This document shows, in pieces, positions 1 to 14,296 of a stretch of DNA of 64,000 nt (within the stretch, counting starts at the first letter, position 1; each line of letters begins with the position of its first letter). The notes under the pieces were generated by a model that made no database searches, was not told where the DNA came from, and was given only the letters and a program-made list of their open reading frames with translations. A program made the translations under genes and the position numbers. The stretch comes from Rotaria socialis (Eukaryota), in assembly GCA_905331295.1 (NCBI GenBank), contig CAJNYD010000333.1:1-64000 (forward strand). Reading direction: 5' to 3'.

Positions 1-319
1 ACATAACACACGTATATATAGGAGAGAGAGATAGAAGAGAGACAGGAGAGAGATATATTATAATAATGGAAAGAGAATAGAAGGAAGAGGAAGGAGAATC
101 ATCGAAGCGTGCCATCAATATTGGCACAACATCAATCGAATAAACTATAGGCATTAATTAAAGAGCAATATCAGCTGCTTGTTTATTTTTAATTTTTGTA
201 TATATATATATATATATATCGCATAACAAAATAAGTAATTGATTATTTTATAAGTAGTGTATTAAGAACTAGAATGTCTGATTGTCATGCTCTGCATCAC
301 ATCTTAATACGATGATCTT

Positions 320-778
320 ATGCAGATGCAGTTTATGCTAAGAAATATTGTCTCTGTGGCGCTGTACTTGAAAGCTTTATGTGTAATGTTAAAATCGGAT
401 ATTCAATTATTAAATGATGGAATGCAAGTACTAAAGCCAATGTTAACACAATTAAAACCGAAAAATATGATCGATTTGTATTTTGAAGTTTTACCATTCG
501 AACAAGCGTTTTCAAGTATTCTTTCACTTCTTATCGGTGTAATGACAATTCCAGTATCATCTACACCAACAGAAAGGACTTTTAGTAAAATGAAGCTCAT
601 TAAAACTGTTACACGTAAGAGCATGTCCGACAACAGGCTTAGCGATTTATCGTTACTAGCATTCTTTTTAATTTTGCCATCACTGTGATCGAATTGATCC
701 TTTACAGTATCGTTACTAGCAATTGAACGAGAGTTCTGCGTTGATTATGAAAAGATTATTGATGCTTTTGCTGTTTAG
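320..778 (+). pseudogene. hAT transposase C-terminal dimerisation-domain remnant
   Basis: TIPVSSTPTERTFSKMKLIKT..RKSMSDNRLSDLSLLA, resuming after a 60-bp insertion/duplication as AIEREFCVDYEKIIDAFAV*; typical hAT dimerisation motif (P.SS...ER.FS). Confidence 0.8.
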
Positions 779-899
779 TTTAACTTAATAAAATAGCAGA
801 TACATTGTTTTTGTCTCTCTCTCTGTAATTGAGGGAAAATTGGGTAATTCAGTTGAACTTTGGGAAAAATTAACTACTGTGAATAATTTGTTTTAAAGC

Positions 900-946
900 T
901 TGTAAGGCACCGCCAGGGCACCCACAATTTTCTGGTTACGCCACTA
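900..946. mobile_element. Probable right terminus (TIR) of the hAT element
   Basis: GC-rich tail ending CTGGTTACGCCACTA; the reverse complement TAGTGGCGTAACCAG fits the hAT YARNG terminus. It lies just downstream of the transposase relic. Confidence 0.5.
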
Positions 947-1162
947 AACCTCAGCCCATGTCTTATCTCTTCCAGAATGACCAACAGCTATATGACGTTC
1001 ATTTATTTTTTCGTAAAGGTTTTCATGCGTTATGCAAACTATTATAATTGTCTTCATCATCAAATTTTGATTGCTTGGGCATAATAGATATTGATATTGA
1101 ATCTGAAGATGAGGCTGTGGTTGTTGATGACATTGAAATGGTTCTTGTTCTTCCATTCTCAC
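944..1162 (-). pseudogene. KRBA2/SCAND3-like (Ginger-type) integrase N-terminal zinc-binding fragment
   Basis: ENLYEKINERHIAVGHSGRDKTWAEV matches the H-x4-H.GRD.T half of the integrase H2C2 domain; the frame ends exactly at the hAT terminus. Confidence 0.65.
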
Positions 1163-1342
1163 AGAAGAGCTCTTTCAACAAAGTTAAATTTTTTGTTAAA
1201 ATAACTTTTGGTTGATTTTTTCGGAACCTAAGTTGGTTCTTTTTTCCGATGTAGTATTCTTTGAAGCTGAAAATAATCTTTCGACTATTGTATCAGAGAT
1301 TGCCCGTTTCAATAATAAAATTTCGTAGTTTTTCGTAGTTTT

Positions 1343-1424
1343 TCGGAGCCGGAGTCGGAGTCAGAAAATAAAAATTTTCGGAGTCGGAGTCGGGTTTCGG
1401 ATTAAAAAAAATTGACTCTGCAGC
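1343..1424. mobile_element. Terminal fragment of a GGAGTC-repeat non-autonomous DNA transposon
   Basis: Tandem CGGAGT units (ggagccggagtcggagtc; ggagtcggagtcgg) followed by gactctgcagc, resembling subterminal repeats of hAT-type MITEs. Confidence 0.4.
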
Positions 1425-1451
1425 TTAATTTGAATTTATTCGAGTTCATAA

Positions 1452-1582
1452 CCCATGTAGTCGATTATAGGAAATAATGGACATTTCAATGCATTATATT
1501 ACTATAGGAATGCAATGTATTTTTAAATAATGGAAAATAATGGGTCATTTTTCCATTATTCATCCATTATTGACTACATGGG
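1452..1582. mobile_element. MITE with CCC...GGG termini
   Basis: TIR CCCATGTAGTC / GACTACATGGG, internal ATAATGG/CCATTAT repeats, flanked by AA on both sides (2-bp TSD). Confidence 0.7.
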
Positions 1583-4084
1583 AAGTTACCTGAAAATTTG
1601 ATTGTTGTTAAGTTTTTTTTTCAAACTCTTTCACTATATGGTAATGTGAAAAATCGTCCTTATATTGGTACATATGATCATATGCATTGCAGAAACTCTA
1701 AATCTATGCATACTTCTACTACTGTTTTCTATTAAAAACTTAATATTACAAGCAACACAACGTTTTTGTTTGCGTTGACGTTCTTTCGACATTGACGAAT
1801 ATGTTGCAGTGAATAGCTCTTATTTTCTAAGTTTTTATTCATCACATGTAGTTGTTGCGATATGTGATGATGAAGTACTTTTCGATTTTGAAACATCTCT
1901 CCATGCAACAATTTAGCATTAGTTAGGTTTACAGCGCAAATTAAAGAGGATTTAGCTCTGATTGATCTCGAAGTTTACTGATTTCGTGTTTTTGTTGTAA
2001 TTAGAACATTTAGTGAACTCTTGGAAAATTACTTCAATGAACAATTATTCCGATTTTTTACATGGAATTTCTGTTTCTGAAACTGATTATCTCGGATTTT
2101 GAAGAAAACAAATAGCGATAACGTTTTCTATTTTGGGTCAATGCATATATTTATTGCAAATTCTTTTAAGTCGAAAGCCAGACAATGAAATATTTATTAA
2201 TCTAAATTTTCTCATTAATTCATATTGTAAAAATTATTTTTTTTAGAATCAACATCTCCATGTTTACTCCTTCGAAGGCCGTATATTAGTATTCGCGGAA
2301 AAAAACAACAACAGCCAGATATTATTTGAACAATTTTTAGCTTTTTCTTCTTTTCCTTGTATTTTTTATTATTATTATAAGATGTTTATTTTTTTGTCAC
2401 ACACACACAAACAAATAAAGCAGCAGATAATTTTTTATTTCAATTTTTTCATAATCTATATGTACTGACATAAAAAATTCCAATAATCAAAATTGATCAT
2501 GATCAATGTTAACTATGTACTTAAATAAGAATACATAATAAGTTAGAATCTTCTATAGCACGTTGCATCTTTCTTATGAATTGTCGGTTATCAAGTGTTC
2601 ATGTATTAATGAAGTTAACTTACATTGAATAGAGATTTTGATATAAATGAATTTATACTTAAATACTAATACTTAATCAATAAAGATTATTGAGTTTTGT
2701 TTTTCATCTAATAAAAATGCAGAAGTTATTCATCATGAAAACAAAATGTTGCTTACTGCTATACTAATTGATGAATGCATTAAAAACAGAAATTAAATTA
2801 GCTAACTGTATTCGTTATTCTTTTCCTAAAAGAATGAACTGAAGGGTTACGGCGCTTTTATATGGACATAGTTTGATCTATATTGAATATAGCTATTTGT
2901 TAATAAATATCTTATAGTTTGGATTAGTTATTTTCCGAAACATCTGATTTTGTCATAGAAACCCCGTAAATATCCATGAGTTGCCTAATTCGAATTCGAT
3001 TATAAATGGAGAATGAAGTAATCATTACCACTTCGAATATAAATAAGAAAAACGACCACACCGTTAAAACATTCTACTACAATGGAGGTTGTATCTACGC
3101 CAGTCTGTGAAGATCGATTGTGCCCACCACCTACTTGGTTTGCATGCGACATTGACGACTGTTATGATAGACCCAATCATAATGCTCATTTATATCCTAC
3201 ACAGGTATGTGACACACAAAGAGATAAACTGTACTTTCAACACATGTCACCTTTTACATTCACACTATTTTCACATGCATCTGTGATATACTCAACCTGA
3301 ATGGATTTGCTATAACCATAGATTATGTTCACAACTTTCTCTAAATAGTTATGCGAAATCTAGAAGACAACCAGCAGATAACATACGTTTGCCAAAAATT
3401 TATTATGTTCATCAATCAAACTTATGGGCAGCTGGTACGGCATGATTGACGATTTCAAAAGTTTACTGGGTTGATGCTTAGTTCCATCTCTATTTTCTTG
3501 TGAGCATGACAGCAGATGTATCTCTCTTGACAATCCGCTCGTGTGTAATGGTGGAACTCGATGTATTCTTCAAATACTGGTGAACGTCGACCAAATTTTC
3601 AATGCCTACTCTGTCTGTCTCTCTCTCTCTCTCTCTCTATGAAGAGGTGAACCTACGAGTTTCAGAAAAGTTTCAACGCAATTTATTTTACACCACTGAT
3701 GAATCCAATTGTTTCATGAGTGAATGACGCCGTGAAACTGAGTTTACGTAATGTAACACGACCTCAATGGACACCATGTATTTGATTGTAGTATGCGCTG
3801 CAATCTGAGTCATACACATTTTTGTTTCAATATCACCAGCGAACAATCACGTACATACTTTACCCTAACTACAGGGAGCAAATGAAATAAAGAGTCCAAA
3901 TCATCCTATCGCTTTTCTATCAACAACGATAGAGTCAATTGAAAATCGGAGTTTTTATTTTACTACAGTTTGCGCATCTATAAATCAATCGTATTTCTAT
4001 GTATCACTAACAATTACTTCAGAAAAAAAATCAAAAATAGCACCGAAAAATCTTATGCTAGAGTTATCACAACAATTAATTTGA

Positions 4085-5215
4085 TCATTTTGTAACATAT
4101 GCAAGAAATGTTGACCACATTACTGAACAAATATTCACAAAGAGAACACTAAAAACAAAACAAGAATGACATGCATCTGCCAATATTTTTCAAAGCAATT
4201 TTCAACTTACCGATGTTGTATAGGAATAAAATAGAAGTTCGTTAGCTGAATAGCAGGCCATACGCAATAATTACCTTTCATAACAGTTGGAAAATCCTTT
4301 GAAAAGTCATAACAATAATTTTTTTTGAATATTCAAAGTTAAGATGAAGAGAAAAGTTTAACTACTAAGTATTCTCGCGACAACTTTTCATATCTCAAAG
4401 CAAGTTTTTCAGTGTATTTTTCATGAAGTCATTTAAACAAAAGTTAACTAAAATTTTACTACACCGGCTGATAATCTCAAGTTGATGATAAAAACTTCTA
4501 GAAAATGTTACCAATTCTTCTCTGTTCGTTTTTTAAATAAAAACATCTTTGACAATGTTTTCTGAGCTTTTCTAAACATTACGCCTAGTTGTCTGAAAAT
4601 TTTCCAATCACGATTTATCCATAAAACCGTTGTTATGCTCATTATCTTATATTTTATTTGACTTACCTTGCAAAAACGATCCGTCGCTTGAGACATAGAT
4701 TTTCCACTCGCTAATGGGAAGTAATATAAAAAAGCCACATTAAGAAATGGAGCGGCAATGAGCTACATATACGAAAAAGTAGGACATTAGCTTCTTGTTT
4801 GTTTTCAGTGAAAACAATTCACCTGATCCGTAATCATCATCTTCAAAGGTTTAAATCGAACTCCAGCAAAATATTTTTCTAATCCATAGTACCAATATCG
4901 AAGAAATGGCCCCTAATACAAACAAAAAATACAATCTATTGAACAAATATCAGTTCTTTAAGTATATCTATTTATACCGCAACGATGCAACCAAAAGCAG
5001 AAAATCGAGCAACACGACCCCAATCAACAGTATCTATTGTTCGTTTTTCAATCACTGTTTGAGAAATAATATTTCCCAAGCCCATCGTTGTTCCTAGTTT
5101 TAATTAAATTTTATTTGTTTCAAGATTTCATCGTTTGCATACCTGTAGTTAAGCTCATCGCTAGTAAAGGAGATTTTAACACAAATCTATTATATGATCT
5201 TAAGGCTGATGCCAT
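4085..5215 (-). CDS. MPV17: Mpv17/PMP22-family mitochondrial inner membrane protein (6 exons)
   Basis: Spliced translation MASALRSYNRFVLKSPLLAMSLTT/GTTMGLGNIISQTVIEK..DWGRVARFSAFG../GPFLRYWYYGLEK..KMMITDQ/LIAAPFLN../DFPTVMKGNYCVWPAIQLTNFYFIPIQHR/VLFVNICSVMWSTFLAYVTK*; all introns GT-AG. Only one exon appears in the ORF track. Confidence 0.92.
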
Positions 5216-5519
5216 CTATGAATAGAATTCCAATAAATATAATGATCAATATGATTTATTTCTAGAATTTGTTATTATAAATCAAATAGACATTCAATAA
5301 TAAATATCTTGCGAAAAAAAACCGACGAATTCTCTTTATACGAGTTAATGATGACGGTAACAAAACAGGAGCCCAGGGGCGATGACTAGTTGGTATAAAA
5401 GATAAGATGTCTATATTTACAAAAGACGACAAAACAAAAGAATCTTCGGAATGAACAAAAGTATTGCACAAAATAAATTAAATAATAAATTAAACGGAAT
5501 GATGCCTATATATGTTCTA

Positions 5520-8500
5520 TTAAGATGTCAGCACTGGAGTACGAGATCGCTCTTGTTCATCAAGATATTGCGTTAATTGTGCACGTTTCTTTCTACTTAA
5601 AAGTGACATCATTGATATTAATGCCATTCGTTGTTTTATTGTATACATCTATATCAACATTAAATAAATAAAAGAATAAAGAGCGATATTTTCTATTACC
5701 GTATTATCTCGAACCCACTGATCAATTGATTGTTCAGGTAAATAATATGCTTTGATGTAATTTTCAACGAATTCTTTATGTGGCAAAGGTCTAAATGAAT
5801 ATTAGATTTCTGAGATCATAGTTTCGAATGTAGACGAAAATGTATGTTGTGGATTTCTTCCGAAGAGAAAGGGCTTCGATATAGATCAATATTATCTCGT
5901 ATACAGTAGAATATATATATATTTTTTTTTAGAATAAGTCTTTTTGCGTATTATGTTGATAAGAATATAAGGTCAACTAAACTTGAATTCAACTTTTAAA
6001 CCAATCGCATTCTGAAGAATCCTGACTCATACATATATCGCTATGAGTTGAAAGTTGAAATTTTCTAGCAATAGACACGTGGAAGATTCGTGAAGTTTAC
6101 ATTAGATATCAAAATATGATTTGATTCATCCATGCGTTGCATATACGTCCTATAGTTCAGTTACTACCGAAAAAGACTCTTTCGACACGCAACAACATTA
6201 ATTACAGTTTTCGATGAGTAGTAAATTCAATTATACAGTCAAAAGATACATTTATTCAATAAAGATCAAATGAAGTAGCGAAGTAAAGTATAATTGTGTT
6301 AGCGAGGAGTCGATAGCTTCGCTCGTTTTTCTTTAATTTCTAGCTTATTCGAATGTCAATTGAGAAGTAAGAGTTTGAGAGAAAAGAATTATATTGATTT
6401 AAGAATTGCTATATCTTTTCAAAATCGAAAATAGTATTTCACATCCTCACGAACGACTACCGAACAATATCTATGGGTAGCAATGCTAGCTTTTTGGAAT
6501 TCTTTCTATTAGCTTCTTTAAAACATACTTGAGATCTCCAATAATCCGCTCTAATCTTCGAAGTAATTGTTGAAAATCAAGTTGCATCAATGCTCGACCT
6601 TCATTACTACATTTTTTTGCACTTGCATATCTAAAACAAAACAAAAATGTCAATTTGTTTTTAAAATCAGTTCTTCCTAAAAGACAAAAATCGTACCCTT
6701 CGACCATAGTGTAAAATATTTTATCTAATATTTGATCCCATATTGTTCTATAAACAGCTTTTGGTACTGGTAATAATTGTTCATTAATATGATCGAATTG
6801 ATTTCGAAACGTTTGTAGTTCATTCGCAAGTTTATCAACATAGACATTATGTTGTGTTAGAATTTCTCCTATATCCCAATTAACTTTACTTATCATTAAT
6901 GCAATTGACATATAATCAAGAATATTCGCTGATACATTATGATAAATTGGAATACGTAATTCGTGTGTTACTTGAATAGTTTGAGAATAGAATTGAGTTA
7001 AAAATCCGTGACGTTCCGACGGTATCATTAATTTTAAATACGGAAGAAGAAAATCAAATTGTTCGGCAAGAAAAACAAGTGATTCAGCAGCAACAATGCG
7101 TGGTGGAAGACCATAGAGAATACTTCTAGGCCCATTTAGATCCACTAATGGTGATAAATGAGCAGCGGCTATTTTTTCCTATTTATAAAATATTTAACTT
7201 CGTCAAGTCTCAAAATGAAAAAGTTCTCGAATAGTTTCATAAAAATGCAACATTCGAAAAGTTTATGAAATGTGAGATTCTTATTAAAACCACTACAAAA
7301 TGGTGTCTACCAAGGTAGAATTAGAAGTTGTTTCATAGCTTCGTCATTTTTTTTTTCTAATGTCTGGAAACGAAGCATTGATTTTGTGCATCTATATATA
7401 GCTTTAGTTGGACAGGTTTTCTAAATCACACGGATCTAGTCCTTTCGAACTATTTGAAGTCTCTAATTATGTTTAAATTCGTTTAAAAAATGATATTTTG
7501 TACGCATCCCAAGTTTCGTGATAGTGTAGTCTTCGAGAAACAACCTATTGCATAGCGTCTGTAAGAAATTTGTGTTCCTACTCAATGTAAAAAAACTTTC
7601 ATCAAAAACAATGGAACCTGCTGGTTTTACTTTTAACGCTAATTACTCATTACTCTGGGCAAGCAGCAGCATAGGAAGTCTAGACTGAGAAGTTTTCCTT
7701 TTTCTAGCCAACATAATGTACGGATATTTATGTCTCGTAGGCTATTATACGTTCATATCAACATTAGAAAAACGGTAGAATAATTTTTCATATGCTGCTT
7801 ATTTCACTCAAAAAATCTGTGTTACTCAATTAGTATATTATCGAATCTATCGAGTTTAATAATCGATTTACATACGCTTGATTACTATTCAAATTTCTAC
7901 TTACATGACGTGCTGCTTCTGAATCATTCTATCAAAAGAAAAAAATGTTAAATTCATCATTTTGACTTATATATTTTGTCTTACATTGGCAATTAAATTA
8001 TCATTAATTCGTTTAATTGTATACCTTAATCTACTACTTAGTGCATCAGCTGGAATTTCATTCTAAAAGTAAATTTCAAATTATTATATTTATCAAATAA
8101 AAAGAAAAGAATTTTACCATATCACAAGCAAATAATGTATAAACTGTATAAAGATAATAATCAAAAAGTTGTGTCATACAAATAATAACATCGAATGCAA
8201 TAGGTTTAAGCATTTCGATCATTTCCATATATCGACCTGTAATTGCAAAAAAAAAATAGTAAAGAAATTATTTTAAAAAGAAAACAATATGATTTACCAA
8301 ATAATCTGGTTACATTTAAAGTTGTATTTGTAACAATAGTGGGTGCATTTTTTCCTTCATGATATCGAGAATGGTTATGAAGAGTCGAGGATTTTTTTTG
8401 TTCATCGCGGCCATGTTCAATGTCTGATTCAGTCGATGAATTTGAATGAGATCGACTTTTTCTTTCCTATGCGAAAAAAAAGGAATTTTTTTCGATACTT

Positions 8501-11500
8501 TTATTTCCGAAAAAGTTTCTTTTAACAAACATAATATGAATTTCCATTGGTCAGATTTAAATCGTCGGCCTCTAGCGAATTCGTATCACTGTATTGTGAT
8601 GGCGAAGATGATAGTCCTGCGTGTGTTTGATCGAGATCAAATGGATGTTCTCGTTCCGTATACAAATATCGATCGAACAAATCAAGATCAGACTTCTGAT
8701 TGAATGATGTCGAAGTCGCTAAATCGGATCCAAACGAAGGTGTTTCGCGTAGAAATCGAAATTCCTAAAAAATGAAATAGAAAGCATTCGAACTGCTTGA
8801 AATTCTATTCTATTGTTAACAAGCTGTCAGATAAACTCATGTACAGAAGAAATACTTTCATGTGTGTTATACGCAGAACAAATTATTTTTAGTACCATGT
8901 ACCGTGAAAAAAGAAACAATTATAACCTTCACCCCGTTCTAGAAAATTTAAATTATCTCCCTGTGTCTTAAGCCTACCTCGTTTGGAAGATTCTAAAAAT
9001 GATGCATAGCATTATGTAAGAGATGTGCAGGATTCTTTGGAATAATCTATATTATGAGATAATCTTACATGTAATTGAGTTATATGAAAGGTTGATTTAA
9101 CTGGACATCGTTGCCAAGTTTCATTTTCAAGAAACATTTTCAATTCATCTAAACGGCCATTATGATATGAACGAAAATAAACTATACTTTGTCGTCGCAT
9201 TGCTTCTTGAAGTATACTAGAATCATTCCGACAGAATTGTTCACCTATTTCCATAAGTCTAAATCGGTAGAGATTGAATGTATTATCATTTTAGTGATAT
9301 GAACAACGGAGAAAAATATTTACCGATTGACAACTTTAAGTACTTGTATAAATGCTTCAAATTTGAAAGTTGTCATATTATTTTCGAGAATAAATGTTTT
9401 CATTTTTTGTTGAATTTCATGCCATAAACGACTTGATCCGCCTTCGAGTTTTTGAATAAGAAATTCTTGGCTTGGCTCAGGTCTATCACCTTGGGTAGCT
9501 GAATTAAAAAAAAGCAATCCCCCATTGAAGAAAACAAAGAGAATGATAATAATTATTTATTTTACCTTCAATCGATGCCGGATTCTTTTCATGCCAAAGC
9601 CAAATTAATTTGTAAGATTTAACAATTTGCCAAAAGCATACATTGAGTTCATGCAGGCAGCTGTAAAAGGATTCTTCTGAAATGATCTAAATAAATCAAT
9701 TATTGAATTTCATCGATTCGGAAGATTTACAGACGTAAAACTAAGAAGTCGTTAGGAATTTTATTTCTGTCTAATAAAAGCTATTTTGTCATGAATACGT
9801 TTCTATGGGAAGCATGAAGGAGTAAATCCTATACTTTTAGTGTCAACTCAATTTATCCAATGAAAACTATAAGAAAAGGTAATTGATAAATAAAGATGAA
9901 ATAGAAAGCAAGCAATTATTTCTATTCAGCATGCTCCAGATTAATTCACGTATAAATAAAAAGCGTTACTATAAAACAACAGATTAAGCAAATATTCAAC
10001 GTTGTTGATCCGATCTCTGAAAGATAAATATGTAAAACACAAAATAACTGCTGCTAATAATTAAAATTATCTAAAAACAACTACTCTAATTTATTAATGA
10101 ATGATTCCTACAGTAGACTGCGCAATTACGATTATACCATTAATATAATATGCTACTCAAGTATTATCTATCACAGTGTATATGCGAGAACAAGAATAAA
10201 GCAATTTACTTTGCATAAATCATTATACGATGATAGATTTTGATCGTTATGTGTTCCAACGGTTTTTAATAGAATATCTAATGCACGTGTTTGTACAACA
10301 TTAACAAAATGCATTTGTAATTGATCCATAAACGTTAATGATTTTCCAAGTACACGATACGCATTTAGTAAACGTTGATATGTATGTGGATTGAAATTTG
10401 AACAAAGTTTAGCTAATGTTACATCGATAGATTCTTCAATAAAATCTAATGTATCTTGAAGTTTCGTCGAAAGATCCCTACAACAGAGAAAAACGTCTTT
10501 CCAATAATTTAACTATCACTATCATTAGTTACTACGAAAGCGCACTTATTCATCGCTCAATGTCTTCTTTTTTTTTTTTAGAGGAAATTCACTAAAGAAA
10601 GGAATATTTTCCATACCCTATACATGTATATTCTTTATAATGAAGAACAGTATTTTCACATTGTGTACATAATTGAATTGCACCAACAAAGTCTTCGTGC
10701 TAAATTAATAAGGTAGAAATGATCAAAAATCTTTTGGTAAATTTATTTTACCTTAACCATTTCTTTTAATTTTTGATCGATACTATGCTAAAAGGAAATT
10801 CCGTCTTTCAATACTTTATGAAACGAAAAAAAGGCAGATACAAACTAGTTTTTTTAATTTTTCAATATTCCGAAGAACATTAATCCATTGTTGTTTACGC
10901 ATTGCATTTCTAATTAACCCTAAATTTCGTGTTGTTATCTGATATTGTGCACGGCGTAGGTTTCTACAAACATACAATAGAATTAGCTATGATTTTCTTT
11001 AGTAAAATTTTCTCCTAACCTTCGAGCTCTATGACATGTTTCAATAGAACCTTCTAATGCACTTGTTAACACAGTAACACGTTGTAATTCTGCAGTGTAC
11101 GATGAACTATTTTCGAGAATTAATTTTGATACGCGCTTTGTTACCTATAAGATCGACCGAGAGAATAAAGAAGCGTCCTGTTTCTTTTCGATATTTATTT
11201 TACTTACGACTGCTAATTGATTAGCAAGACAGTCTCGACGTGTAGTTACATCGGAAAGATTTAAAAACGGATTACCAGCTTGTGATGAAAGTAATTTCTA
11301 ATTTAAGAATAATTAAATCTCAAGAAATTAAAGGCTAAAAAACGAAACTTCCTTACTTGAAGTTCATATTCTTTTGCATCGAAATCATCTTCGTTATAAT
11401 AGTTATGTTCAATTGTACTTAATGTTTCACGGTCAGCTTTTTCGCTTATACTTAAAAATCCCGGATCCTAAAATGATAATCATAAGTTTAGAAAGAATAA

Positions 11501-11546
11501 ATATTTTCTTCATCCTAATTTAGCTCACCTTGAATGAATCAAACAT
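5520..11546 (-). CDS. VPS50: Syndetin / VPS50 (EARP complex subunit), multi-exon
   Basis: Exons include [87 protein letters not shown]; start MFDSFK at 11546, stop after [12 protein letters not shown]. Confidence 0.92.
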
Positions 11547-14296
11547 GTTTAATGTCACTGTTTAGCATACTCAAATAATAAATACTAGAAAGAGAAGAAA
11601 ATTGTTCATGTTAATGCATATTATCTCGGTAGACATAAAAATTTAATAAACACAGTACGATTTAACGCAAACCTGTGCGATTATATTTAGAAAAATATTC
11701 TTCGTTTGCAATGCTACAGAAAACAGATTTTTTACTATAAAAAAGTATCTTTTTATGAATTTGTTAGTTATCAATGGTATTATTGTTACTGAAATAGATC
11801 ATCGAGTGAGTGTATTCAAGAGATTCGTGTGTAGCTGCTTATGTACGTTGTTTGTCACGACGTATTTAAATCTAATGCTTTGTCTAAAATAAAGAAAAAC
11901 AAAATCACTATAGACATAAGGAGTGATATTTCAACAATATGAGTACTATCAATGAGATCTTATTTTATTGAACTACAAATTTACTACATCAAGTATCGAT
12001 GAGAGTGATTCTTCTTTTTTCAAAAGAGAAAAAAATTGAGATTTTATCATTTTAATGAAAATTGATAGCATATTTAATTGCACGAGGTACACTCACTGTG
12101 TTTTTTTTGCGTTATCTAGAGAACACAAAACTAATATTTTTCTTTTATTGAGTGTGTCAAAATAAAATAGTGAAGTCATAATATTTGGTTTGAAGACAAG
12201 GTTAATATAAGTCTTACAAATATTATGTCATCTTATATTTCACACAATTTCTTCTTTGGTGAAAACATCGAGATACTTTCTAATAGTTTACCTTCATTCA
12301 TTAACTGTTGAGATTGATCTTTTATCGAAGTCAATCTATTTATAGTTTTGTTAAAGGATGTTTTTATTGACTTAATCTTCAATTGTTAAGATGAGAGAAG
12401 AAATATTTTTGTAAATCATCGATGATTCACTAAACAACAAATTGAATAATCCCCTGTGGATTAGTCGATCAATGGTGTTCATTAAATATTTGAAATTTTT
12501 AGATCAATATGTTTTCGCAATTAAACTTACTTCTACAAGGCGGAGATTTTCAAATAGGAAATCTGTATTCCTTCTCACATGATAAAGTAAAAGAAAATAA
12601 TAATATTATGAGGCGGATAAGAACACTTGCTGAATGAACGACATATAAAGAGATAAAAGAAGATGTCACCAGTACATGATTATTTTTTACCAAAAAACTA
12701 GAATGCCACTCATGAAATCCTCAGGCAGATCGAAAAATCACTTTTGTGACTGAAGATTCTTTTGTGTCAAATAGATTGTAAATACTCGCTTCGACTGTAC
12801 GAAGTACTGTTGCATATGCTGAGCTCTATGAAACACTAATCTCTTGTCATTTTGACTTAACTCTTTATCTTCTTATGAAACTAATCGGAAAATGTCATCC
12901 TGAGAAACATACGATTGGTCTTATAACCTGTAAAATCTAACGCTATTCAATGTCTATCGACCTGCCACATTGAAGTGATCTATTGTAAAAATTTTATTTG
13001 ACATTAATATACAAAAATAAATATTTTAATCTAGATGAAAGAGGGCAAAATCAAACATTTGCTTTAAGAAGGAAGAAAAAAATATGATCACACTTATCAA
13101 ATAAGTCTCGAGGTTTAAAAGTTCAACACAGTTCTATAGAACTGGGGAAAACAAAAAGAAACAGAAAATAAGAATATTAGCTTTCTGTGTAGTAATAGAT
13201 ATCACGTATTCAATCTATTTTCTTTTTTTGATAATATTGCTGAAACTTGAACATGAATTATTTAAAACATTTTGTTTTGAACACTTTACTACCGAAAATG
13301 AGAAAGTCTCATTTTACTCACCATGATACATATTGATTCCTTAAAGACTCTATTGAAAATTTAATTTAATTATGAAATTAGTTGGCTGATAATCAGCCAT
13401 ATCGCATATTTTATTTTCCAAAATCGGTTTTCTTTTCTTTTCTAGTATATTTATATCGTTTTGTATTTCTATTGGTTCCAAACGTTGACAAATGAAAAAT
13501 AGTAGTTTGTCGCTCGCTACTGATGCTATCGTACACAATGATCTGGTTTGGCGAAATAAATTTTTAAATGAACATTTAGTTTTTATTTTGTTTGTAAATT
13601 GAATCCTGGAATAAATTTCCGGCCGAAAAAAATTGTATAAGTACATTTTTATCTTTTAGATCACATGACTCTTTTCTGAGATGAAATTTGAAATGGTTAT
13701 TCTGGATTCGGATTCAACTGATATTATTCTCTAAATTTCCTGTGTTTCTCGATGAAAAACGACTATGAGTCATTATAAAAATCTAACTGAAAAATATTGT
13801 ATCAAGCTTTGGAGGAATATTCGATTCGTCATAAACTAAATTAATAATTATTCACATAAATTATACAAAAAAAAAATGGAATGAAATCTTGAGTTTTGAA
13901 TATCAAAAGATCAAATTTACATAGTATTGTATGTATATTCTATGAATTTCTTAAAATCATACAATATTTTATCTATATTAAGCTCACCTTTCTTTTTTAC
14001 CAAAATAATAAATCAATCATATTGATTCATCTATCTGATTCTGTTGAATACATAATTACAACACGAGTTACATCAAGGGTCCTACGAGTATACGAAACGC
14101 AATACTACATCGAAAAGATAAAAATGAAGAAGTGGAAATATCATTATTTTTAGCTCAAGGCGAAAGATTTCAGACTTGGTTTTTTCTTCTTCTTCTTCTT
14201 ATCTTTTGTTCTGTTCTTGAAGTTTCTTTGTTCTAGATACACTTCTACCCTTCGCCCATTGTTTATTTAGTTGCAAAAAATAAATCCAAAAGAACG

